Shown in pieces: positions 35,518-44,200 of a DNA stretch of 64,000 nt (position 1 is its first letter; each line of letters starts with the position of its first letter). A model generated the notes under the pieces. It saw only the letters and a list, made by a program, of their open reading frames with translations. It searched no databases and was not told where the DNA came from. The stretch comes from an uncultured archaeon. GTDB taxonomy: Archaea; Nanobdellota; Nanobdellia; Pacearchaeales; GW2011-AR1. The stretch is from assembly GCA_903828655.1 (NCBI GenBank), contig CAIKMX010000037.1, positions 17,173 to 81,172 on the forward strand, in the 5' to 3' direction. The translations under genes and the position numbers were made by a program.

Positions 35518-37818
35518 ATGAAAAAAGGGATAGTGATGATGTTTGTTTGCCTCGCTTGCTTTATTTGCCTTCTATTTGGGGTGTCTGTTGTTTCTGCAAG
35601 AATGGCGATTACGGAACCTTCAAGTGCATATAATCTCGGTGATAAACTTTATGTGAGTCTTGGAGGAATAACAGGGGCTAGTTCAGGAAACTTGAACATT
35701 AATCTTCTTTGCTCAAATCAAACTATAAATCTGCTTAAGATTTCCGCTAGAGCTTTTTCTTCTACACAAGAACAATCCTATTCTTTACCATATAAAGAAC
35801 TTACAAAAGAGGATTTAGAGATTGCAAATACTCGAGACGTTCTTGGTAGCTGTCAGATTACTGCGTCACTTGGTGCTGAACAGACCACAACAAGAATGTT
35901 TACGATAACAGATAGTGTTAGTTTGTCAAATCGATTTGATAAAATAACTTATAATCCTGGAGATTTGATAACCGTGACTGTTGAGGCGACAAAGGCAAAT
36001 AATCAGCCGCTTAATGGATTTTTAGAGACTAGTGACGCGGCAGTTATCAATAAAGAAGTTGTAAATGGAAGAGCGACACTAACTTTTTCAATGGCTCCAG
36101 ATACTAAGGCTGGAGATTATAATTTAGATGTTTTTGTTTATGATAAGGGCACAAGTGGAGAGACGTTAAATCAGGCAAATAGTTCTTCAACATTCAAAAT
36201 TAATCAGGTTCCTACGAATATACAATTGGGTCTTTCAACGAATCAGTTAGTTCCTGGAGAAGAACTTACAATTAGCGCAGATATCCTTGATCAAACAGGC
36301 GATAAGATAAAAGGGGCTGTTTCATTGAGTACTAATTCTTCAAATACTCGGGAGACCCGTTCAGTTAATGTTAACTCTGGCGAGTTCGCAAAGATGAAGT
36401 TTGCTACGAACACTACCCCTGGGATTATGTATATTAATGCGAAGTTTGCGGATATACAACAAACTGAGGAGTTTGAGATACTTCCTCTTGAAAAAGTAGA
36501 TTTTGAGTTTATAGATACGGTATTAGTTATTAAAAACGTTGGAAACGTTCCATATACAAAACCTGTAGATGTTAAGATTGGCGAGGGTATGCAAACTGTT
36601 CAGACCAATATTCCTGTTGGGGGAGAGCAGAAATTTAATTTGAAGGCTCCGACTGGAGAGTATAAGGTTGCAGTTAGTGATGGACAGTCTAATGTGGAGA
36701 GAAATATTCTTTTGACAGGAAAAGCGATATCTGTTAAGGATATAACTTCTGGTTCTATATTTTCAGATTATGCAGTTATATGGGTTTTCTTGATACTTAT
36801 CTTAATTGCGGCTGCAGCAATAATTCTTCTTAAGATGAGGAAAAGGCCTATGAGTTTAAAGGATTCAATGATGAAAAATGTTCCTTCTAAATTTTCAGAT
36901 ACCTTAAACTTTACAAATAAGTCTCCTGAAGCACAAAGTCTATATCAATCTGGAGATGGAAATGATGAGCATGGAATTGTTGATTTAAGAAAACCCCGAA
37001 TGATTGGTGCAGAGTCCGCGCTCGTTTTAAAGGGGGAGAAAACTCCTTCTGCAGTTATCTGTCTTCATGTGAAGAATTATTCGTCTCTTAAGCCGGCTGC
37101 CTCTCAAGAATTGGTTAAAGTTATTGGATTGGCAAAAGAAGAAAAGGGATTAGTTGATTGGAAAGATGATTTTGTATTTGTTATATTCTCTCCAATATCT
37201 ACGAAGACATTCAATAATGAATCCCATGCAATAATCGCTGGAATGGGAATGTTTGAGAGATTAAATGAGTATAACAAAAAGTTTAGGGATAAAATTGTAT
37301 TCAGTATAGGAATAACTTCTGGAGATTTGGTTGCTTCTCCTGAAGGAAAAATGTTGAAGTATACTGCCCTGGGAAATACAATTGCTCTTTCCAAGAGAAT
37401 AGCTGCTTCTGCTGAAGGACAGCTTCTTGTTACGGATCTTGTAAGAAATAAGCTTATGAGGGATGTAAAAGCGGATAAAGTTCAGGATATTGGAAGAGTG
37501 GCTATATACTCTGTAAAAGAAATCAAAGATCACACACAAAATAGGGCGAGACTTGATGAGATGATGAAGAGGATGAAGAGAGAAGATAATAGCGATAAGA
37601 ATAGTCCTAATTACACTAAAAGGTCTGATGCTCCTGGAATAAGCGGATCTTCACATAATCCTTATGCTAGAAGTACGCCGAGAACTCCAGTACATCCAGG
37701 GCATGTGAATCATAATGCAGCAAGCCATAATGCTCATAATCCTACCCATACTAATTCTTCTCACACGAATCATAATTCTCATCAACCTTCTCATCACACA
37801 AATGAGCATAAGAAATAA
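35518..37818 (+). CDS. single-pass surface protein with extracellular Ig-like repeats, a cytoplasmic degenerate class-III cyclase-like domain and a His/Asn-rich tail
   Basis: Signal peptide, then a beta-rich extracellular region of roughly 400 aa, then TM YAVIWVFLILILIAAAAIILL. The cytoplasmic part aligns along its length with CHD cyclases (AVICLHVKNYSSL / DDFVFVIF / IVFSIGITSGDLVAS / KYTALGNTIALSKRIAASAEGQLLVTDLV), but both metal-binding Asp positions are replaced. C-terminus HPGHVNHNAASHNAHNPTHTNSSHTNHNSHQPSHHTNEHKK. Confidence 0.6.
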   Translation: MKKGIVMMFVCLACFICLLFGVSVVSARMAITEPSSAYNLGDKLYVSLGGITGASSGNLNINLLCSNQTINLLKISARAFSSTQEQSYSLPYKELTKEDLEIANTRDVLGSCQITASLGAEQTTTRMFTITDSVSLSNRFDKITYNPGDLITVTVEATKANNQPLNGFLETSDAAVINKEVVNGRATLTFSMAPDTKAGDYNLDVFVYDKGTSGETLNQANSSSTFKINQVPTNIQLGLSTNQLVPGEELTISADILDQTGDKIKGAVSLSTNSSNTRETRSVNVNSGEFAKMKFATNTTPGIMYINAKFADIQQTEEFEILPLEKVDFEFIDTVLVIKNVGNVPYTKPVDVKIGEGMQTVQTNIPVGGEQKFNLKAPTGEYKVAVSDGQSNVERNILLTGKAISVKDITSGSIFSDYAVIWVFLILILIAAAAIILLKMRKRPMSLKDSMMKNVPSKFSDTLNFTNKSPEAQSLYQSGDGNDEHGIVDLRKPRMIGAESALVLKGEKTPSAVICLHVKNYSSLKPAASQELVKVIGLAKEEKGLVDWKDDFVFVIFSPISTKTFNNESHAIIAGMGMFERLNEYNKKFRDKIVFSIGITSGDLVASPEGKMLKYTALGNTIALSKRIAASAEGQLLVTDLVRNKLMRDVKADKVQDIGRVAIYSVKEIKDHTQNRARLDEMMKRMKREDNSDKNSPNYTKRSDAPGISGSSHNPYARSTPRTPVHPGHVNHNAASHNAHNPTHTNSSHTNHNSHQPSHHTNEHKK

Positions 37819-37927
37819 ATCTAAAATTATAAAGCTACCAAGATAAAATAAAAGAACTTAGCTAGATTATAAAAGAATAAACAGCCAAGAATGTAAAAAA
37901 ACATTGTCAAGCCAGTTAGGGAGATAG

Positions 37928-38030
37928 TCCATTCACAAAGAAATTTAGTTAAGCGAAGCACTGTGACGAAGTCCAGTGCGGAGCGTAGTTTGGTAATCTC
38001 ACAATCCGTTGGCACACTTGGTAAATCAGA
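37928..38030 (-). repeat. R1 modular intergenic repeat, copy g (reverse orientation)
   Basis: The reverse complement reads ttaccaagtgtgccaacggattgtgagattaccaaac...cgctccgcactggacttcgtcacagtgcttcgctt...tttgtgaatgg. Compensatory change in the hairpin: CACTG...CAGTG (copy c) versus GCACTG...CAGTGC. Confidence 0.65.
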
Positions 38031-38124
38031 CATTGTTTATATATAAAATGCTCAATAACAAACATAAATTTATCATCAACATTTAAAAACTTCTAATCAT
38101 GCAAATATTCGTGGTGATGCTGGC

Positions 38125-38748
38125 ATGAGAAAAACACTATTTTTTGATTTTGACGGAACTATTGTAGATACAAAATCTGTGTACTACAAAGAGATATATA
38201 ACGTTGTTAGAATTTTTGGTTATAAATATAGTCAGGTTGACAAGGCAATAGATTTAGGTTTAAGTTTAACTAGGACATTGAAAAGGCTGGGACTTTCTTC
38301 TGTTGCTTCTTGGTTTACAAAAAGAAAGATCACTCATAGTGTTGTGAGTCATATCGATGAAGTAAAAAAATGCAAGGATGTTGATTCTATAAAAAATTTG
38401 AGTAAAGATTATAATAAAATTCTTGTTTCTAATTCTCTTAAGGAGTTTATTTTACCGATAGTAAAAAGGCTTGGTTTAAATAAATGTTTTAGAGAAGTTT
38501 ATGGTACTGAAGATTTTGTTGATAAGGCTGACTTTTTGAAGGATTATATCGTGCGAAAGAAATTAGATAGAAAAAAATGTTTTTACATTGGGGATAGGGG
38601 AGTAGATGTCGAGGTTGCGAAGAGGATAGGCTGTAGAAGCGTTATAGTAAGTGGTGTTTGCGCTTGGGATTCAAGGAAAGAGGTTTTGAAGCATAAGCCA
38701 GATTTTATCATTAGTGATATAAAAGATTTGAATAAGATTTTGAAGTGA
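38125..38748 (+). CDS. HAD-superfamily hydrolase
   Basis: LFFDFDGTIVDT is the DxDGT motif I. It is the right size, and GDRGVDV is motif IV. Confidence 0.75.
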   Translation: MRKTLFFDFDGTIVDTKSVYYKEIYNVVRIFGYKYSQVDKAIDLGLSLTRTLKRLGLSSVASWFTKRKITHSVVSHIDEVKKCKDVDSIKNLSKDYNKILVSNSLKEFILPIVKRLGLNKCFREVYGTEDFVDKADFLKDYIVRKKLDRKKCFYIGDRGVDVEVAKRIGCRSVIVSGVCAWDSRKEVLKHKPDFIISDIKDLNKILK

Positions 38749-38751
38749 AGA

Positions 38752-38852
38752 CACTCTTTTCTTACACTCTTCTTTCTTTAGAAAAGAAAGAATTGGTGTT
38801 TCAAGAAAGAAACTAAGATGGCGGTGTTTCAAAAGAAAAACTAAGATAGTAG
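38752..38852 (+). repeat. R2 dispersed intergenic repeat, copy C
   Basis: Has gacactcttttcttacactcttctttctttagaaaagaaagaattggtgtttcaagaaagaaactaagatggcggtgtttcaaaagaaaaactaagatagtaggatATG. It starts right after the HAD stop codon. Confidence 0.7.
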
Positions 38853-38867
38853 GATATGAATAATCTT

Positions 38868-38965
38868 GATTTGCCAAGTCTTAAATTTTGCTTAACTTTG
38901 CCAAGATGAAATTGAGATTACCTAATTTAGTAACATTTGTGGAGGAATCGTGGTGGCAACTTGTA
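38868..38965 (+). repeat. R1 modular intergenic repeat, copy h (modules A+B)
   Basis: Has gatttgccaagtc...ttgccaagatgaaattgagattacctaa...catttgtggaggaatcgtggtggcaac. Confidence 0.6.
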
Positions 38966-39046
38966 ATTTTTTCGTTGTTGAGCATTTATTGTTATTCTTG
39001 TACTTTTATTTTTTAATTTGATAAGTTTTATAAACATGGTATCTCT

Positions 39047-40186
39047 TTGATGATTATGACAAAGGAGAAAGAGATGAGTGTTACGCCTTGGGAAGTTTCT
39101 TCTGGTGATGGAAAGATTGACTATGAAAAGCTTGTGAAAGATTTTGGAACTACTCTTTTAAACGAGAAGATAGTTAAGAAACTTTCTAAATGTCATCCTT
39201 TGCTTCGAAGAGGGATTTATTTTTCACATAGAGATTTTGATAAATGGCTTGATGCTCATGAAAAAGGCAAGAAGGTCAGCGTTATAACTGGACGTGGACC
39301 TTCGGAAAAGATGCATCTTGGACATTTGGTCCCTTTTTTTGTTGCTTTGTCTTTGCAAAAAGAGTTTGGATGTGAGGTTTTTATTCCAATTTCTGATGAT
39401 GAGAAGTTTTTTGTAAAAGATAATTTAAGCTATGAAAAATCTTTAGAATATGCTCGGGATAATATATTAGACTTGATTGCTCTGGGTTTTGATGAAAAGA
39501 AGACTTTCATCTTTGAAGATTTTGTTTATACTAATATTTACACATATGCTGCAAGAATTGCAAAGAAAATAACCTACTCAACTGCTAAAGCTGCCTTTGG
39601 TTTGAAACCTGAGAATAATATCGGGTGGAGTTTTTATCCTGCAATGCAGGCGGCGCATATTTTATTTCCACAATTTTACCGAGGGAAGCACTTGTCTGTT
39701 GTTCCTGTTGGAATAGACCAAGATCCTTTTATCAGACTAACTAGAGATGTTGCTGAAATGAAAGAATTTAATTTGGATAAACCTGCGGCGTTGCATGCAA
39801 AGTTTATTCCTTCACTTTCTGGAGGAGCAAAGATGTCTTCTTCGGATTCTCTTGGAAATAATTTAATTTATCTTTCTGATTCTGCAAAAGAAGTTGAAAC
39901 TAAAATTAAGAAATATGCTTTTTCTGGCGGACGCGATACTCTTGAAGAGCATAGAAAGAAGGGAGGCAATCCCGACGTTGATGTTTCTTTTCAGTATCTT
40001 AAAATGTTATTTGAAAATGATGATTCTAAACTTCAGAAGATTCATGACGATTATAAATCGGGAAGGCTGCTTTCTGGAGAATTGAAAATGATTTTGATTG
40101 AAAAAGTAAATGCCTTCTTGAAGGAGCATCAGAAAAAAAGAGAAGAGGCTAAGAAGAAAATTGATAAGTTTGTGTTGAAGAATTAA
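39047..40186 (+). CDS. trpS: tryptophanyl-tRNA synthetase, archaeal/eukaryal type
   Basis: Has VITGRGPSEKMHLGHLVPF (HIGH) and KMSSSDS (KMSKS). 379 aa. Confidence 0.9.
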   Translation: MMIMTKEKEMSVTPWEVSSGDGKIDYEKLVKDFGTTLLNEKIVKKLSKCHPLLRRGIYFSHRDFDKWLDAHEKGKKVSVITGRGPSEKMHLGHLVPFFVALSLQKEFGCEVFIPISDDEKFFVKDNLSYEKSLEYARDNILDLIALGFDEKKTFIFEDFVYTNIYTYAARIAKKITYSTAKAAFGLKPENNIGWSFYPAMQAAHILFPQFYRGKHLSVVPVGIDQDPFIRLTRDVAEMKEFNLDKPAALHAKFIPSLSGGAKMSSSDSLGNNLIYLSDSAKEVETKIKKYAFSGGRDTLEEHRKKGGNPDVDVSFQYLKMLFENDDSKLQKIHDDYKSGRLLSGELKMILIEKVNAFLKEHQKKREEAKKKIDKFVLKN

Positions 40187-40198
40187 TAAAACAGATAG

Positions 40199-41095
40199 CT
40201 ATCTGTATTTTGTGTATTCTTTTTGTCTTGCAGTTATTCTTGCTACATAGGTTTTTGTTTCTCTTGAGCTATTTTCCCCAGTTACAAGTGGAAGAGCCAT
40301 TGAAACTCCGTCCAGGGAATCTTCTGATTGACCTTTCAAGTATTCAATATTAACTGTCTTTTTCTTTTTTTCTCCTTTTTTTGTGTGATAAGTTATCTCA
40401 CATGTTTTTTCTCCTTGGTTGGATTTTCTAATCATCTTTCTTGCAGTGAATATGTTCCCGTATCCTGCATTGAATGCTGCAAGTGCAAGTTTTGTTCTTT
40501 CTTCTTCGCTGATTCTTGTTCCTGGAAAATAATTATACATTCTTTGCATGTATCTTGTTCCTGCTTCTATTGCTTTTTCAGGAATGAGCATATCTTCATG
40601 GTTGTAACCTAAATCTTTTGCAGTTCCTTTCATAAGTTGCATTAGTCCAAGTGCGCCGGATTTTGATTTTGCGTTTGGATCAAATCTTGATTCCTGTTCA
40701 ATTTGAGCTTTTATTAAGTTTGCATCTAATCCTCTTTGTGACGCATATTTTTTTATTAGCTCTTCATAATCTGTAGGTTTTGGTTGTGGTTGAGGTTTGG
40801 ATTGAGTCTTCTCTTTTTTTGTCTTTATTTCTAAAGTTCTTTCATTGGCTTTTTCTGGCTGTATCGTTAATTCTACTTCTTGTTCTAATTCGCTTGGTTC
40901 TTCTGTTCTTGAAGTTGTTGCATTTTCTCTAGTTCCTTTTTCGGGATTTTCTTGTGCATAAATTGCTGTTGGTCTAGCAATGTTGTAGGATATTACTCCT
41001 GTGCCTGTAGCTATAGAACCTAATATTGCTGCGGCTAGCGTTATTCTTGCTATTTTGTATGCATTCTTTATTGTTTGAATTATTCTGTTTGCCAT
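40199..41095 (-). CDS. membrane-anchored lytic transglycosylase (SLT domain)
   Basis: An N-terminal TM helix, a Glu/Pro-rich linker, then ESRFDPNAKSKSGALGLMQLMKGTA...AYNAGYGN (the SLT catalytic Glu and GLMQ motif). Confidence 0.75.
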   Translation of the reverse strand: MANRIIQTIKNAYKIARITLAAAILGSIATGTGVISYNIARPTAIYAQENPEKGTRENATTSRTEEPSELEQEVELTIQPEKANERTLEIKTKKEKTQSKPQPQPKPTDYEELIKKYASQRGLDANLIKAQIEQESRFDPNAKSKSGALGLMQLMKGTAKDLGYNHEDMLIPEKAIEAGTRYMQRMYNYFPGTRISEEERTKLALAAFNAGYGNIFTARKMIRKSNQGEKTCEITYHTKKGEKKKKTVNIEYLKGQSEDSLDGVSMALPLVTGENSSRETKTYVARITARQKEYTKYR

Positions 41096-41298
41096 TGTCT
41101 TTTTTTACTTCTTTTTGATAATTAGTATAGGCGTTTTTAGTATTTAAAGTTTACTATTTGTTGTTTCTTTATAGTAGTTACAATATATGTAATGAGGGAG
41201 ATTGATGAATATTTCTTGGTTTTTCTATCATTTTTCTTGTAATATTTATGGATTTTTATCACGATAGAGTTTATAAATGATATTTCCGTGTTTATCGT

Positions 41299-44200
41299 AT
41301 GAAAGAGGGGGGTGATTTGAGACTTTTTTTGGTGCTTTTTTTAGTTGCTTTTATTTTATTTGTCTCTGTTTTTTCCGCTTCTGTTGTTGATGCTGCGAAA
41401 TTGAAGGTTAGGGGTGTAAAGGCTGGAACTGGAGTATGGGCGGCTTCTGAACCTGATGAGTATGGGATTGTAGAAACTAATCACTGCAATTGGCTTAACA
41501 GAGACTATGAGATTGGAGATAGTTCTTATAACTGGTATTATGGGGATGCCCGAGGGTGCTCCCTTAGCTACGGGGCTAGTGATCCTCCATATTTGAGTAC
41601 GGTTTATGGGGATTTGATGTATGCTGATGGCAGGAGATGGATTGCGAGCGCTTATATTGTGAAAGATCTTAGTGAAAGAGGTGTTGAGAGCTACATAACT
41701 GCAAGCTTAAGGTTTGTCAGCGAGGGAATAAAGCCTGATGGTTCTTTTACTAACCTTAAAATCTCTCCTAGTCAATCTGAGTTTTATTATGAGAGATGGG
41801 AGAACCGTGCAATATGTCTTTCTTCGTTGTGTGGCCCCTTTAGTGTTATTCCAATTTGTTCCGGATGTGCTCTTGATGGGACAAAATTGATAGCTAAGGA
41901 TAGCGTATCAAACTGTGATTTAACTGAAGCGACGGTAGAGGTAGTAGGTTTTGATAAGGCTTGCGGGGATCTTGATCCGGGCACTTTTACTCACATAGAA
42001 AAAGTTAGCGGAACGGATCAGTACCTCCCCCCTTATTTTTCTTATCCTGATGGTGGGAAACAATTTGTTGACATTGGAGCCAGCAATTGCGATGCAATTT
42101 TAACATCTTACGCGCCTTTTGATCATGTACCCTCTGCTGATGGAAATGGATGTGATATTTATTTCAACAATCTTGATTATAAAGGGGGGGGTTCTTCGAT
42201 TTTTGGGAATAGAGCAGTTTTTCATTCTAGAAGTCCTTTAATTTTGTTAAAGTATCGCCCGTCTGGACAATCCGAAGTTGGAGTGATGTTCGATGCGAGC
42301 TATGATCCTTTTGGTCTTTCCCAATACCAGACTCCTGTAAGCATCGGTTTTGGAATGAAGTTTTCAAAAACCTCTCAGGCTTCCGAGGTAATTTCTTCCA
42401 GAGGAATTAATGAGTATAGTAATTATGTTCCTAGCGAGATGACTCCTGTTGAGGTTAGTACTGAGATTGACAGTCATAAGAGATTTGTTCTAGTTGCGGA
42501 TGCTTGGTTGTCTGCTAAGCAGATTGGGCAAGGAGCTTCTTCATGTAGCGATTGGGTCGTAAAGGCAGTCATAAGAGATTATTTCCAAAATTCAGAGGAT
42601 TTCACATCAAAGTGCGGAGGAATTACGACTACGACTCCGACGGAAGATACAAGTCCTAAAGAAAATGAATGTAAGGATGGTGAAAAGAGAGAATGTTATA
42701 CTGGTTCTACGGCAACTGCCGGAGTGGGTATTTGCATGAAGGGATTTAATTCTTGTTTATTCGGTAAGTGGCAGACAATGAGTGATGGGGGTTATATGTG
42801 TTTTAATGAAGTTACTCCTGGAAAAGAGATTTGTGATGGGATTGACAATGATTGCAATAATGTTGTTGACGATAAATCTTTTGCAGATTTAGATTGTGCA
42901 GATAAGAACAAGGGCAGTGATGGAAATCCTGATACTTCTTACAAATGTTCCAGTGGGAAATGTGTGAAGGAATGTGTTCCTAATTGTAATGGTAAGGAAT
43001 GCGGAAGTGATAGTTGTTTGGGAGTTTGTGGGACTTGTGTTGATGGAAAGACTTGCGGAACGGATGGAAAGTGTGCTGTGATAAAAGAATGCTCTTCAGG
43101 CAATCCGGGTGTCAAGGCTACAAGTCAGTCTGACTGTAATTCTAAGTCTGTCAAGGAGGATAAAAAATATACTTTTACTGGCCCTACTGGAACTCCTCCA
43201 TGTGACTGTGTTGAGAAGAAATGTGATAAGTCTATGGTTGGGCAGCAGATTGCTAGTGATTGTAAGACTGGGCAAACATTTCAGGATTATCCTACATGCA
43301 CGTGTACTGATAGTCCTGTAATTCCTGTTAAATGTGATGAATCTGCCGGATCCATGTGTGCCAGCGATGCTACGTGCAAAAAACTGTTAGGCGAAAAGCC
43401 CGATGCAGTTTCTAGAACATTTTGCAATCCTCAAACATGTACTTGTGCTTCAAGGGTTTGTAGTAAGAGTTCTTTAAGTGGTCATCCTCCGGATGAATGC
43501 GATGGAGATTATGATTGTCAGACTAAATATGGTATTGATTATGTTTGTGATCCTTTAAGTTGTAAATGTACTCCGGGTGTTTGTGGTCCGGGTGTTGGTG
43601 GTGGGAAGGTTAAATCTGATTGCCAATCTGGGGAAACTTTTTTTGGTTATCCTGTGTGCAAGTGTGATTATGGGGCCCCTCTGTTCTCGGTTGTGAGAGA
43701 TAATACTAAGAAGAGAGTTATTGATACGGGAGATCAACTTATTACTGACCCTACTAAAAAGACAGATTATGTTTATCTCGAATCTACAGATAAGTTTTAT
43801 TGTGATTTAGATTTCTTGGGTGAAGGCTATTTCTCGGGTGAAAGCCTTTTGCGGAGAGGTTATAAGATTGCTCAGACCGAAGTAAGTGCTCCCTCTCTAG
43901 GTAAATATGCATCTACTACTCTTGATAGTATTTACTTGGAGGCAAAAGATGATAATGGCAAGACGATTAAATATTATCTAAGCAATCAAGATCGTAGCCC
44001 TATTCTAAATAGGTGGAAGTGGTATTCCATTGATCAAAATCTTCTTTATAATGGGCCAGTTAATGATCCTAACAATGTTTTTAGTAAGCAGGACTTTTTT
44101 GATTACCAAGCTAATGCTGGAGATTTCTTCGGAAGAGAGGTTACTTGCAATGTTCAGTTGATTGCACCTTCAGAGACCTATAAGTCTGGGGTTTATGAAA

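Noticed and set aside
37827-38033. 68-aa minus-strand ORF downstream of the surface-protein gene
   Set aside because: It coincides with a reverse-oriented copy of the R1 repeat (copy g), so its coding appearance is explained by the repeat.
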